This document shows, piece after piece, positions 21,480-31,195 of a stretch of 58,732 nt of DNA (positions within the stretch are counted from its first letter, which is position 1; each line of letters begins with the position of its first letter). The stretch comes from an uncultured bacterium. Lineage in GTDB: Bacteria > Abyssobacteria > SURF-5. Location of the stretch: positions 1-58,732 of the forward strand of contig CAZSKP010000017.1 of assembly GCA_964607485.1 (NCBI GenBank), given 5' to 3'. The translations under genes and the position numbers were made by a program. The notes beneath the pieces were generated by a model. The model worked only from the letters and a program-made list of their open reading frames with translations. It was not told where the DNA came from and did no database searches.

Positions 21480-23741
21480 TTGTCGTTCGGAGACGAGTTT
21501 GTGAAGCAGCACGCGCGTGAACTGTATCACTCCTTCATGGCAGGCTTTTCTATCGGTATCCTGATTGCCCTGACCGCCGTGTACGAAGGAATCTACCTCG
21601 ACGAATCCCACTTTGCAAAGTTCTTTTTCCCCGAAAAGTTCACTATTCCTCAATTGAACAAGATGGTATTCGAGGCGTTTTTCATCTTGTTCGGCGGGAT
21701 ATCCTCGGCATGCATTCTGTCGGCGCTGTGCCTGCTATCGTTGTGGGCGGCGCATCGGTGGAAGCTCGACCGGGCGAAGGCGAGGAGAACGGTGTACGCC
21801 GCGGCGGTCCTGGTCTTCTCGGCGCTGGTTTTTTATACGAGCATCTTTGCCGCAGTTCACAACGCGCCCGACGCAAAGTGGGCGGGAGTTGGTGGATTCG
21901 CAGCCGTCGTTCAGTTCGCCGTTGCGGCCGTTGTCATCGCCGTCGCGTTCAGGGGCAGTGGCAGCGCGAGGCATGGCGAACGACTGTCTGCCTTCATTTT
22001 GCTGGCGCTGATCTTTCTCATTCAAGCGCGCTCGCACAGCCTGCTCAGTTCGGGAACGTTTGAAGACTACACCGAGGGCGTTCTCAGATACTTCGTGTAT
22101 CCTTCGGGCCTGCTGATTGTCTCTTTTCTGGCCTTCAAACTGTGGAATGCCGTCTTCGGGTTGGGAACCGGCGAGGTAGAATCGACGGGAGACTCGTCCG
22201 CCGCATCCGGCCGGCGCTTTGCGCTGAAGGCGTTGTATGGTCTGTTCGCGTTGGTGGTGCTGCTTTCGGTGGCGCTCATGGCGATGGTCGGAAACCTGCC
22301 CGTCGAGGACGAGATTCTCACATCTCGGTCTGGTTCAGAGCCGGGCGGCCCCGCCCGCGGAGAGGGCTTCAACGTGGTAATTCTGATGGTCGATAAGCTG
22401 AGGAGGGACCATCTTGGCTGCTATGGGTATGAGAGAGCGACGAGTCCATTCATCGATGAGATGGCGCGCAAGGGGATCAAGTTCAACAACGCTCTGACCC
22501 AGTGTTCGTGGACGCTTCCCTCGGTGGCGACCGTTTTCACCGGTCGGTATCCGACCGTTCACGGCGCGATGACGAAAACGGACGAAATGCCGTCTTCCTG
22601 GATTACGATGGCCGAGGCCTTCCGGAACAACGGTTATTCGACCGCGGCGTTCGTCACGAATCCTTACCTCAAGAAAATCTATAATCTCGATCAGGGTTTC
22701 GACACGTATGATGACGAGTTCTTGAAGAGGACCTTCCTCGGCCTTGCGATTGAAAACACTCCCTATCTCCATGTGATATTTCAAAGTGCGAGCTATTCAA
22801 AGAATCTCTTGAAAAGCCTGCTGGGTTTGCCCGTACAGCAATCCTGGCTGGAGGAATTTGACCGATGGTGGTCCAGCAAGCTGAACGCGGAGAACGTGAA
22901 CCGGCGCGTTCTGAGATGGGTAAAGAAGAATAGAGAGCACCCCTTTTTCCTCTACGTTCATTATATCGATGTTCATGGCCCCTACTACGAGCGACGCCCG
23001 TTCGTCAAAGGCGAAAGCCCGGAACATAACGAGGAATCGAATCCGCAGGACGAATCGGCGCGCTACGTGAACCAGCAGGTCAACCTCTACGACGGAGCAA
23101 TCCGGTACGTTGACGAACAGATAAAATGGCTGATGCAAGCGTTCAAAGAAGCCGGCGTTTACGACAATTCTCTGATCATTCTGACATCCGACCATGGGGA
23201 AGAATTTCTTGAACATGGCGGCCTCCACCATGGCGGCACCCTGTATGAGGAGCAATTGGAAATACCGCTGCTCATCTTTCCCAGCGGGATCGTCCGAGAA
23301 AGCAGAGAAGTCGATCCGCCGGTCGGGCTCATCGATTTGTTCCCGACGCTCAACGAATGGCTTTCGTTGGGCCTGCCGGTGCAAGGCCGCGCCATCAGCC
23401 TCAAGAAAGCAATCTTGGATGCAGACGACAGCCAGTTGAAAGCCCGCACGCTTCTTTTCAGCGAGACGGACTTGGAGGATTCAATCCGAAGCGTCCTGTT
23501 TCAAAATCGATGGAAATATATCGAAAACAACTCTAAGGACACGCGAGAATTGTACGATCTGGCGGATGACCCCGCCGAGAAAAAGAACCTTCTCGCCGAA
23601 CAATCCGCCCTGTCCACAAACCTCGCGGAGTCTCTCAATGCGCAGTTCACGGAGTTCGAGAAAGAGTCGGTTGCGGCAAGGCACGTGAACCTCGACGATT
23701 GGACAAAAAAGAGCCTCAAAGCCATGGGATACTTGGAGTGA
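21480..23741 (+). CDS. Membrane-anchored sulfatase/alkaline-phosphatase superfamily protein
   Basis: Multiple N-terminal TM helices; NVVILMVDKLRRDHL, SWTLPSVATVFTG, HYIDVHGPY, YDGAIRYVD, TSDHGEEF. Start uncertain. Confidence 0.82.
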   Translation: MSFGDEFVKQHARELYHSFMAGFSIGILIALTAVYEGIYLDESHFAKFFFPEKFTIPQLNKMVFEAFFILFGGISSACILSALCLLSLWAAHRWKLDRAKARRTVYAAAVLVFSALVFYTSIFAAVHNAPDAKWAGVGGFAAVVQFAVAAVVIAVAFRGSGSARHGERLSAFILLALIFLIQARSHSLLSSGTFEDYTEGVLRYFVYPSGLLIVSFLAFKLWNAVFGLGTGEVESTGDSSAASGRRFALKALYGLFALVVLLSVALMAMVGNLPVEDEILTSRSGSEPGGPARGEGFNVVILMVDKLRRDHLGCYGYERATSPFIDEMARKGIKFNNALTQCSWTLPSVATVFTGRYPTVHGAMTKTDEMPSSWITMAEAFRNNGYSTAAFVTNPYLKKIYNLDQGFDTYDDEFLKRTFLGLAIENTPYLHVIFQSASYSKNLLKSLLGLPVQQSWLEEFDRWWSSKLNAENVNRRVLRWVKKNREHPFFLYVHYIDVHGPYYERRPFVKGESPEHNEESNPQDESARYVNQQVNLYDGAIRYVDEQIKWLMQAFKEAGVYDNSLIILTSDHGEEFLEHGGLHHGGTLYEEQLEIPLLIFPSGIVRESREVDPPVGLIDLFPTLNEWLSLGLPVQGRAISLKKAILDADDSQLKARTLLFSETDLEDSIRSVLFQNRWKYIENNSKDTRELYDLADDPAEKKNLLAEQSALSTNLAESLNAQFTEFEKESVAARHVNLDDWTKKSLKAMGYLE

Positions 23742-23808
23742 GCCAAGAGTATAGGTGACCACGCATTTTACTGGGCGAAACCTAAAGGAAAAGAATCAGG
23801 AGGTCAGA

Positions 23809-24306
23809 ATGGCCGGGATACTGGATATTGCAGAGTTAGTGAAGAAGCTGGCGTTGATAGAGGAGGAGGGCGTCGCTTTTTATGAGAGCCTCGCGCGACA
23901 CACCGGGAACGAAAAGGTAGAAAAGCTGGCCCGGACGATGGCGCGTGTGGAGAAGCGTCACCAGACGCGCTTCGAAAAGATTGCACAAACTCTCGCAAAA
24001 AGAAGGACGAAGAAGCCCTCCGACAAGCTGAACGCCGACCTGCGGGGATACATCTTGGCGCTCATCGACCACCGGATATTCCACAGCCCGGAGCACGCGG
24101 AGACGATCGCCGCCAACCTCGCCGACGAAAACGAGGCGGTCGATATGGCCATCCGGTTCGAAAAGGAAAACATCCTGCTGCTCCTCGAGTGCAGAGAAGT
24201 CGTCCGGGGTGAGGAGAGGAAAATCATCGAGCGGTTCATCGGGCAGGAGAAGACTCACGTGCTGAGCCTTCAAAAGGTGCGCCGACAATTGGCGACGATG
24301 CCATAA
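23809..24306 (+). CDS. Ferritin-like (rubrerythrin-type) diiron four-helix protein
   Basis: IEEEGVAFY, EKRH, AIRFEKE, QEKTH motifs; SD AGGAGG before ATG 23809. Confidence 0.78.
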   Translation: MAGILDIAELVKKLALIEEEGVAFYESLARHTGNEKVEKLARTMARVEKRHQTRFEKIAQTLAKRRTKKPSDKLNADLRGYILALIDHRIFHSPEHAETIAANLADENEAVDMAIRFEKENILLLLECREVVRGEERKIIERFIGQEKTHVLSLQKVRRQLATMP

Positions 24307-24360
24307 AGGCAGCGTCTCCGAGCTTTGAGGCTGATTCGACGCGCGCAGCAGCGTAATACC

Positions 24361-24400
24361 CAAAAAGAACCGGACCGCCCGCTTTCCGCAAGGCGGTCCG
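24361..24400 (-). terminator. Intrinsic terminator of nrdJ (between convergent genes)
   Basis: CGGACCGCC...GGCGGTCCG stem followed on the minus strand by GTTCTTTTT. Confidence 0.65.
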
Positions 24401-24429
24401 CCAGAATCCAAGAAAAGGCTTTTAGGGGG

Positions 24430-26757
24430 TCAGTTACATTTCGAGAAGCCGCAGACGCGGCAGACTATGCATCCGCCCTCCCGCTCGATCTTCGCGCCGC
24501 AGTCGGGGCACGCGTTGGCGGCCTTCACCTTCAGCTTCACGTCCGTTTCCGATTCAAGCTCCTCGCTCGTTTCCTCAACCGCCTGACGACCGGGAATCTT
24601 GATATATTTCTCGATTGACCTCCCTATCGCATCGGGACACGAGAGGCAGCGTATTTCCGGGTTGCTCTTTTTCGAGGCGACGGTAGAGAGACAACGAATG
24701 CCCTTTAACTGTTCGATGAGCGCATCCACGCTGATGCCCGACCTGAGCGCGAGCGACACCAGCCTGCTCGTTGCCTCCGACTGGGACGGGCATCCTCCCG
24801 CTCTGCCGGTGCTGGTGAACACCTCGCAGATTCCAATCTCGTCCGAATTGACGGTCACGTACAGGTTGCCGCATCCTATGACAACTTTCTCAGTAGTGCC
24901 GTGCGTCACGGTCTGGCGCGGACGCGGCTCTATCTCCCCATCCTTTATTTTCACTCCGGCCTTCCTTGCAAGGCTCTTCGTCCACACCTGCTCGCTTCTG
25001 CAGCCGTCCCGGAAGATGGTGACACCCTTGCACCCCGTCTCGTATGCAAGCCTGTACACCTTCTCAACGTCCTCCTTTGTCGCGCTGTTGGGGAAGTTGA
25101 CGGTCTTCGACACGGCATTGTCGGTGTGTGCCTGGAATGCCGCCTGCATCCGAACGTGCCACTCGGGCGCAACATCGTGCGCGGTCACGAACAGCTCCTT
25201 GACGTCGGGGGGCACCTCCGCCAGGTCGTTGATTCCGCCGGCCTCGGCGATCTTCTTCATGAGCTTTGGAGAGAAAAAGCCTTTGTCCTTCGCTATCTGT
25301 CGGAAGATGGGGTGAGCCTCTATCAGCTCGTCGTTGTCGAGCACGTGACGCGTAAAGGCGATGGCGAATATCGGCTCGATGCCGCTCGAACAGCCGGAGA
25401 TGATGCTGATGGTGCCCGTCGGCGCGATGGTGGTCACCGTGGCGTTGCGCAGCGGCCGGCCCGACTCTGCGTACAGGCTCTTTTCATAGTTGGGGAACGA
25501 GCCGCGCGCCTCCGCGATCTTGGACGATTCGTCGTGAGACTTATCCTGTATGAACGCCATGACTTCTTCGGCCATCTTGAGCGCCTGTTCGGAATCATAG
25601 GGAATGCCCATCCGTATGAGCATGTCGGCGAAACCCATCAGGCCCAGCCCTATCTTGCGATTGGCGAGCGTCATCTCCTTTATCTTGGGCAGGGGATACT
25701 TATTTGTGTCCACGACGTTATCGAGGAAGTGAACGGCCGTGCGCACGGTGCGCGCAAGCTTTGGAAAATCCACCTCGTAGTTGCCGTCTCGCCTGACAAG
25801 CATCTTCGCCAGGTTTATCGAGCCGAGATTGCACGATTCGTACGGGAGAAGCGGCTGCTCTCCGCAGGGATTCGTGCTCTCTATCCTGCCCACCTGAGGG
25901 GTGGGATTCGACGCATCGACCCTGTCGATGAACACCACGCCCGGGTCTCCCTTCAGCCAGGCGTGCTCCACTATCATGTCGAAGACCTCGCGTGCCTTCA
26001 GCTTATTCACCACTTTGCCCGTGCGCGGGTTCACCAGCTCGTATTCCCCGTTGGCGTCAAGGGCCTTCATGAACTCGTCGGTCACCGCGACCGAGATGTT
26101 GAAGTTGTTGAGCTGGCTCTCATTCTCCTTTGCCACGATGAATTCGAGGATGTCGGGATGATCGACCCGCAGTATGCCCATGTTTGCGCCGCGACGCGTG
26201 CCGCCCTGTTTTATGGTTTCGGTTGCCATGTCGAACACTTTCATGAACGAAATGGGGCCGCTGGAGATTCCCTTCGTGGAAAGGACGGTATCGTTTTTCG
26301 GCCGGATGCGGGAGAAAGAAAAGCCCGTGCCTCCGCCGCTCTTGTGAATGAGCGCCGTGTTCTTGACCGCCTCGAAGATGCTCTCCATCGAGTCCTCGAC
26401 GGGCAGGACAAAGCACGCCGAAAGCTGTCCGAGCTCGCGGCCGGCATTCATGAGCGTGGGGGAGTTGGGCATGAATTCCATGTTCGTCATCAAATAATAG
26501 AATTCCTTTGCCGTCGCCGGCACATCTGCGGCGTCGTCGTACATCTTGTCCACGCGGGCGATAGTCAGAGCCACGCGCCAGAACATGTCCTCCGGCCTCT
26601 CGATCGGCCTGCCGTCGTTTCCCTTCTTCAGGTAACGCTTCTCCAGTACCTTGAGAGCGTTCACCGTGAATTCGATGTCGGCCTTCGGCGGCTGAGTGAG
26701 GCTCGGCTTCGGCGCTTTTCCTCTGGAGGCGCTCTTACGGGTCTTCACTGTGGACAT
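24430..26757 (-). CDS. nrdJ: Adenosylcobalamin-dependent (class II) ribonucleotide reductase
   Basis: PNSPTLMNAG, SACFV, GGGTG, QGGTRRGANM, TNPCGEQPL, TIAPTGT, CKGVTIFRDG, TSCPD-like LSCPDA, C-terminal CPDCG...CRVCGFSKC; no nrdB nearby. Confidence 0.93.
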   Translation of the reverse strand: MSTVKTRKSASRGKAPKPSLTQPPKADIEFTVNALKVLEKRYLKKGNDGRPIERPEDMFWRVALTIARVDKMYDDAADVPATAKEFYYLMTNMEFMPNSPTLMNAGRELGQLSACFVLPVEDSMESIFEAVKNTALIHKSGGGTGFSFSRIRPKNDTVLSTKGISSGPISFMKVFDMATETIKQGGTRRGANMGILRVDHPDILEFIVAKENESQLNNFNISVAVTDEFMKALDANGEYELVNPRTGKVVNKLKAREVFDMIVEHAWLKGDPGVVFIDRVDASNPTPQVGRIESTNPCGEQPLLPYESCNLGSINLAKMLVRRDGNYEVDFPKLARTVRTAVHFLDNVVDTNKYPLPKIKEMTLANRKIGLGLMGFADMLIRMGIPYDSEQALKMAEEVMAFIQDKSHDESSKIAEARGSFPNYEKSLYAESGRPLRNATVTTIAPTGTISIISGCSSGIEPIFAIAFTRHVLDNDELIEAHPIFRQIAKDKGFFSPKLMKKIAEAGGINDLAEVPPDVKELFVTAHDVAPEWHVRMQAAFQAHTDNAVSKTVNFPNSATKEDVEKVYRLAYETGCKGVTIFRDGCRSEQVWTKSLARKAGVKIKDGEIEPRPRQTVTHGTTEKVVIGCGNLYVTVNSDEIGICEVFTSTGRAGGCPSQSEATSRLVSLALRSGISVDALIEQLKGIRCLSTVASKKSNPEIRCLSCPDAIGRSIEKYIKIPGRQAVEETSEELESETDVKLKVKAANACPDCGAKIEREGGCIVCRVCGFSKCN

Positions 26758-26920
26758 CCCCTCTTCCCCCTCGTTCTAATATGCATAAATGCCAAATATA
26801 TGGAAAGTTACGAAGCCCCATCCTTAGTTAAGCTATCTTATCAGAGGCGACAAGTCCCCCCTCTTATTGAAGCGTCGTTGGATGCTGACTTTTCGAGGTG
26901 TTTACAGCAGAGCCGACCCT

Positions 26921-26949
26921 ATTTTACATTGCGTGGGCGCGAAAGTCAA
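26921..26949 (-). promoter_or_regulatory. Proximal sigma70 promoter for nrdJ
   Basis: TTGACT-17 bp-TAAAAT on the minus strand. Confidence 0.6.
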
Positions 26950-27129
26950 TCAAGAAGGTCTGTCTCTGGAGCTTTGCCCCCCCGGCTTTGCCTCTGGTCG
27001 AATCGAGCGGATGGTCGAAGTTTTCGGGTAAACATCTCAGGCTAAACAACGCCTCTCAACCTTCCCCGATTCGCTTTATTGGCAGAATCGACTCCTTCCG
27101 TTGAAGTGGCCTATCCTGTGGCCTGCCAT

Positions 27130-27159
27130 ACTATAACATACTATATGTAGTGCTGTCAA
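27130..27159 (-). promoter_or_regulatory. Distal nrdJ promoter with NrdR box between -35 and -10
   Basis: TTGACA-18 bp-TATAGT; spacer holds GCACTACATATAGTAT (27138-27153), matching the NrdR consensus acaCwAtATaTwGtg. Confidence 0.75.
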
Positions 27160-27420
27160 CAAAAATCTTCCGGCATTTCTAACAGTCTGAGTCTCCGAGG
27201 ATTGTGGATTTGGATTGACGGTTTAGGGTCGGCGGTTTACCGTCCCGGATCCCAAAAGCCGACCCACCCTTTAGGCCGAAGCCCGTCAGCGCGGGGCTTC
27301 GCACAGCAGGTCTGCGGTCCTCTATCGCCGGGTGGAGGAAGGGGAGGGGATACTCTTTTGAAGAAGGTGGAATTTGCCCATTCTCATTCTCGCCCGGTTC
27401 TGGGGCGCGGCGCGCTTAGA

Positions 27421-27496
27421 TGTCATGCTGAGCGCAGCGAAGCATCTCCTGTAGGGACAAGATGATAAGCGATTCTTCGCTTTGCTCAGAATGACA
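27421..27496. repeat. TGTCA-bounded palindromic intergenic repeat, copy 1
   Basis: TGTCATGCTGAGCGCAGCGAAGCATC...GATTCTTCGCTTTGCTCAGAATGACA; related copy at 36781-36889. Confidence 0.8.
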
Positions 27497-27621
27497 AGCC
27501 AGCAGTCGGCAAACGATGCGCCCGCGGATTCCACATCAAGGAATCTGTAGAGCCCAATGCCCAAAGACCATGAGACACTCCTTCGGCAGACTATTGGGAG
27601 GACTCCACCTGAAGAAACCAC

Positions 27622-27674
27622 TTGACAAAAGCGGGATGAGCGATTATACTTTAGTTGCGATTGAGTCTCAATTA
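27622..27674 (+). promoter_or_regulatory. Sigma70 promoter plus Fur-box-like palindrome
   Basis: TTGACA-17 bp-TATACT (27622-27650), then TAGTTGCGATTGAGTCTCAATTA imperfect inverted repeat over the transcription start of fur-feoB. Confidence 0.7.
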
Positions 27675-27687
27675 TAGCGGAGCCCAC

Positions 27688-28164
27688 ATGGCCGACGAAT
27701 ACACATTATTCAAAGATTTCCTCGGCAAACATCAATTGAAGCTCACGCCGCAGAGGAAGGCGGTCCTCGAAGCCGTGTTCGCCACGCACCGGCACTTTGA
27801 CGCCGAGGAATTGGTGCAGATACTCAGACACATGGGTAAGAAGATCTCTCGGGCAACCGTCTATCGCACATTGGACCTTCTCGTTAAAGGCGGACTTGTG
27901 CACGCCATGGAGCTGGGCGATTCGAGGAAGGTGTACGAACATGTCGTCGGTCACCGCCACCACGACCATCTGATATGCACCGAGTGCGGCAGGACGATAG
28001 AGTTCGGCGACGGCTTCATCGAGATGCTCCAGGAGAAGGTGTGCGACAGGTTGAATTTTCAGGCGCAGACGCACAGCCTTCGGATATTCGGGCGGTGCGA
28101 GAATTGCCGAGGAAGCGCTCGGAGGCGCGAACGTGCCGGGGAATTGAGGAGCAGGGGATCCTGA
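27688..28164 (+). CDS. fur: Fur family transcriptional regulator
   Basis: KLTPQRKAVL, HFDAEE, SRATVYRTL, HHDHLICTECG, GRCENC. Confidence 0.9.
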   Translation: MADEYTLFKDFLGKHQLKLTPQRKAVLEAVFATHRHFDAEELVQILRHMGKKISRATVYRTLDLLVKGGLVHAMELGDSRKVYEHVVGHRHHDHLICTECGRTIEFGDGFIEMLQEKVCDRLNFQAQTHSLRIFGRCENCRGSARRRERAGELRSRGS

Positions 28165-28188
28165 CGTTGGAGAGGTTGGCAGGCAACG

Positions 28189-30168
28189 ATGCATCATGAA
28201 CCGCATGACAAGGTAGTTCTCAAAGATTCCTCTTCCACGCCCACCATAACGCTCGTGGGCAATCCGAACGTGGGCAAGAGTGTCATCTTTTCACGTCTCA
28301 CGGGCAAATACGTGACCGTTTCAAACTATCCCGGCACCACCGTCGAGATTACGAAGGGGAACTCCAGCTTCGACGGAGGAACCTACCGCGTCATAGACAC
28401 CCCCGGCGCGAACAGCCTCATCCCCAGGGGTGAAGACGAGAAGGTTGCTCGCGACATGCTTCTCGGACAGAATTCGACCACGGTCGTCCAGGTGGCCGAT
28501 TCCAAGAACATCAGGCGCTCGCTCATCCTAACCTCCCAGATGGCCGAGATGGGTGTGCCCATGGTGTTGGCGCTCAACATGGCCGACGAGGCCAAGAGCG
28601 CCGGCATACGCATCGATGCGAAGAAGCTCGCAGAACTCCTCGGAGTGCCCGTCGTGGAAACGGTCGCCACGGAGGGACGGGGCATGAACAAACTGGTCTC
28701 AGCCCTCCAATCCGCCCAACCCTGCACCTTCAGAATCGAGCATCATCCGTATCTCAAGGCCGCCATCGAGAAGATTGCCGCCGTCCTTCCCCCGGCGCCC
28801 GTGTCCAGGGAGTCGATTGCCACCATGATACTTGCCGGCGACCACAGCCTCGACGAATGGCTTCGAGAACACTGCGCCGAAGACCAGCGCGAGGCCATCG
28901 AGGTCATTGTTAACGAGGTTCAGTCGCACTTTCGCGACCCTCTTCAATACTTGATCGGGAAGAGGCGGCTGGACGAAATCGACGCGCTGGTCAGGGAAGT
29001 GGTCACCGCCGAATCTGCAAGGCGCGCGTCGTGGATGACGCGTGTCGGAGACCTTTCGCAGCACCCCGTGTGGGGATTGCCGATTCTCGGCATCGTGCTT
29101 TATCTCCTCTACCTGTTTGTCGGCAAGCTCGGGGCCGGCACCTGCGTGGATTTCATCGAATCGTTCATCTTCGGCCGGTACATCAACCCCGCGGCGGTGT
29201 GGGCGGTGGGTTGGCTGCCCTCCCAGTTCATACAAGAGTTGCTCGTCGGCGAGTTCGGCCTCATCACGATGGGGCTGACCTACTCCATTGCGATAGTGCT
29301 CCCGATAGTCGGCTTCTTTTTCCTCGCCTTCGGAATACTGGAGGACACCGGCTACCTGCCCCGCCTCACGATAATGGCGAACAAAGTTTTCAAGACGATG
29401 GGCATGAACGGCAAGGCCGTGCTTCCGATGGTGCTGGGGCTCGGATGCGACACGATGGCGACGCTGACGACGCGCATACTGGACACGAAGAAGGAACGCA
29501 TAATCGCGACGTTTTTGCTCGCGCTCGCCATTCCGTGCTCGGCGCAGTTGGGTGTCATTCTGGGAATACTGGGAAGGATATCGCTCAGCGCTTGCGTCAT
29601 CTTCGCTCTCGTCATCCTTTCGCAGCTTCTGATCGTCGGATTTTTGGCCGGCAGGCTCCTGCCGGGACAGTCGTCGGACTTCATAATCGAAATTCCGCCG
29701 TTCAGACTTCCCAAAATATCGAACGTCGTGTTCAAGACGCTCTCGCGCGTCGAATGGTTCCTGAAGGAAGCCGTGCCCTTGTTTCTGCTCGGCACCTTTG
29801 TCCTCTTTGTGGCCGACAGGCTGGGCATTCTTGATGCGATTGTGAAGGCGGCCGAGCCGGTTGTCGTCCGGTTCCTGACGCTGCCGCCGGAGGCGACCGT
29901 CGCGTTCGTGATGGGATTCCTCAGGCGCGATTACGGAGCTGCGGGGCTGTTTCAGTTATATGAGAAGGGGCAGCTCGACCCGACGCAGGCGATCGTGAGC
30001 CTGGTGGTCATCACGCTGTTTGTCCCGTGCATCGCGAACTTCTTTGTCATAATTAAGGAACACGGCCCGAGGAAGGCCGCTGCAATGCTGGCGCTCATTT
30101 TCCCGCTTGCGGTGCTGGTCGGCGGGGCAGTGAATTTCCTTTTGCGCGCGCTGCATTACGCCGGTTGA
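28189..30168 (+). CDS. feoB: Ferrous iron transporter FeoB
   Basis: GNPNVGKS, NYPGTTVE, DTPG, NMADEA GTPase motifs; LEDTGYLPR, GLGC, PCSAQ, FVPCIA membrane domain. Confidence 0.95.
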   Translation: MHHEPHDKVVLKDSSSTPTITLVGNPNVGKSVIFSRLTGKYVTVSNYPGTTVEITKGNSSFDGGTYRVIDTPGANSLIPRGEDEKVARDMLLGQNSTTVVQVADSKNIRRSLILTSQMAEMGVPMVLALNMADEAKSAGIRIDAKKLAELLGVPVVETVATEGRGMNKLVSALQSAQPCTFRIEHHPYLKAAIEKIAAVLPPAPVSRESIATMILAGDHSLDEWLREHCAEDQREAIEVIVNEVQSHFRDPLQYLIGKRRLDEIDALVREVVTAESARRASWMTRVGDLSQHPVWGLPILGIVLYLLYLFVGKLGAGTCVDFIESFIFGRYINPAAVWAVGWLPSQFIQELLVGEFGLITMGLTYSIAIVLPIVGFFFLAFGILEDTGYLPRLTIMANKVFKTMGMNGKAVLPMVLGLGCDTMATLTTRILDTKKERIIATFLLALAIPCSAQLGVILGILGRISLSACVIFALVILSQLLIVGFLAGRLLPGQSSDFIIEIPPFRLPKISNVVFKTLSRVEWFLKEAVPLFLLGTFVLFVADRLGILDAIVKAAEPVVVRFLTLPPEATVAFVMGFLRRDYGAAGLFQLYEKGQLDPTQAIVSLVVITLFVPCIANFFVIIKEHGPRKAAAMLALIFPLAVLVGGAVNFLLRALHYAG

Positions 30169-30195
30169 GAAGGGGAACAACAAGGACTCAGCACT

Positions 30196-30399
30196 ATGAA
30201 CGAGGTTGACAAAAATACTAAAATCAAGTGTACTCTGTGTGGGGCCGTTTTTGAACCCGACGAGAACACCTGTGGCGGGTGCATCGTCCGCAAGGAGTGC
30301 AAGCTCGTCTGTTGCCCCAATTGCGGATTCGGGATTCCGAGAGAGTCCAAACTCGCCGCGTGGTTCAAGCAGCGATTTGAAAAACAAAGGAGCAGATAA
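30196..30399 (+). CDS. Small Cys-rich protein (zinc ribbon / Fe-S candidate) in feo operon
   Basis: 67 aa, CTLCG...CGGC...C...CCPNCG; SD AAGGA; fills the gap between feoB and the DtxR gene. Confidence 0.75.
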   Translation: MNEVDKNTKIKCTLCGAVFEPDENTCGGCIVRKECKLVCCPNCGFGIPRESKLAAWFKQRFEKQRSR

Positions 30400-30400
30400 A

Positions 30401-31138
30401 TTGGCATGGAACGACCGAAGACAACGCTGGCGTGGCGGCAGAAGGCAGGCGGGCGACTTCAGGCCCACACCGGTTGATTACAACAAGAGGGACGTCGATG
30501 AGCTGCTCGAGCTCATATACATGCTCAAGGAATCGGGCGGCGAGATAACCGTCGAGGAGCTCAGGCGCAAGCAGCAGGAAGATGCGGATGTCGAGAAGCT
30601 GCTCGGCGAGATGGTGTTGTCCAATCTCGTCTCGGTGAACGACAGCGTCGTCACCTTTTCCGAGTATGGCAAGAAGGAGGCCGAGAAGCTCATACGCGCG
30701 CACCGTCTGGCCGAACGCCTGCTCACCGACGTGCTGCTCATTCAGAGAGACCATGAAGTGGAAAAACAGGCCTGCGCGATGGAACATATTCTCAATCCGC
30801 AGGTCGTTGACAGCATCTGCACGATACTCGGCCATCCGCACACCTGCCCGCACGGCCTGGAGATTCCGCCCGGCCCATGCTGTAGGGACAAGAAGCGCAC
30901 GGCCGCTCCCGCCGTTCTGTCGCTCGACCAACTTCGCAGCGGCGAATCGGGCAAGATACTGTACGTCGAGACGACCAATCACGCCAGGCTCGACAAGCTC
31001 ACAACATTCGGCATGCTTCCGGGAACCCTCATCAGGGTTCATCAGCGCCAGCCTTCCCTCGTGGTGATCATCGGCGAAACACAGCTTGCCATCGACCACG
31101 AAATCGCTCAGAATATCTATGTCGTTAAGGCGGGTTGA
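30401..31138 (+). CDS. DtxR/IdeR family metal-dependent regulator with C-terminal FeoA domain
   Basis: DELLELIY, RAHRLAERLLTDVL, ACAMEH, CPHG, FeoA-like KLTTFGMLPGTLIRV; TTG start after AAGGAG. Confidence 0.85.
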   Translation: MAWNDRRQRWRGGRRQAGDFRPTPVDYNKRDVDELLELIYMLKESGGEITVEELRRKQQEDADVEKLLGEMVLSNLVSVNDSVVTFSEYGKKEAEKLIRAHRLAERLLTDVLLIQRDHEVEKQACAMEHILNPQVVDSICTILGHPHTCPHGLEIPPGPCCRDKKRTAAPAVLSLDQLRSGESGKILYVETTNHARLDKLTTFGMLPGTLIRVHQRQPSLVVIIGETQLAIDHEIAQNIYVVKAG

Positions 31139-31195
31139 GGAGCGGGAATGACTTTCCTTCCCACCGGCCCGTTGCCGAAAACAATTAGGACGTTC

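Noticed and set aside
26790-26805. Second NrdR box near the nrdJ start
   Set aside because: AT-rich palindrome that does not fit the CwAtATaTwG register.
24901-27045. 714-aa plus-strand ORF
   Set aside because: Antisense shadow of nrdJ.
26758-27125. Cobalamin riboswitch in the nrdJ leader
   Set aside because: No recognisable B12-box (GCCACTG...GGGAAG, AGYCAG) arrangement.
30206-30400. N-terminal extension of the DtxR ORF
   Set aside because: Overlaps the Cys-rich small gene; SD plus TTG at 30401 is a better start.
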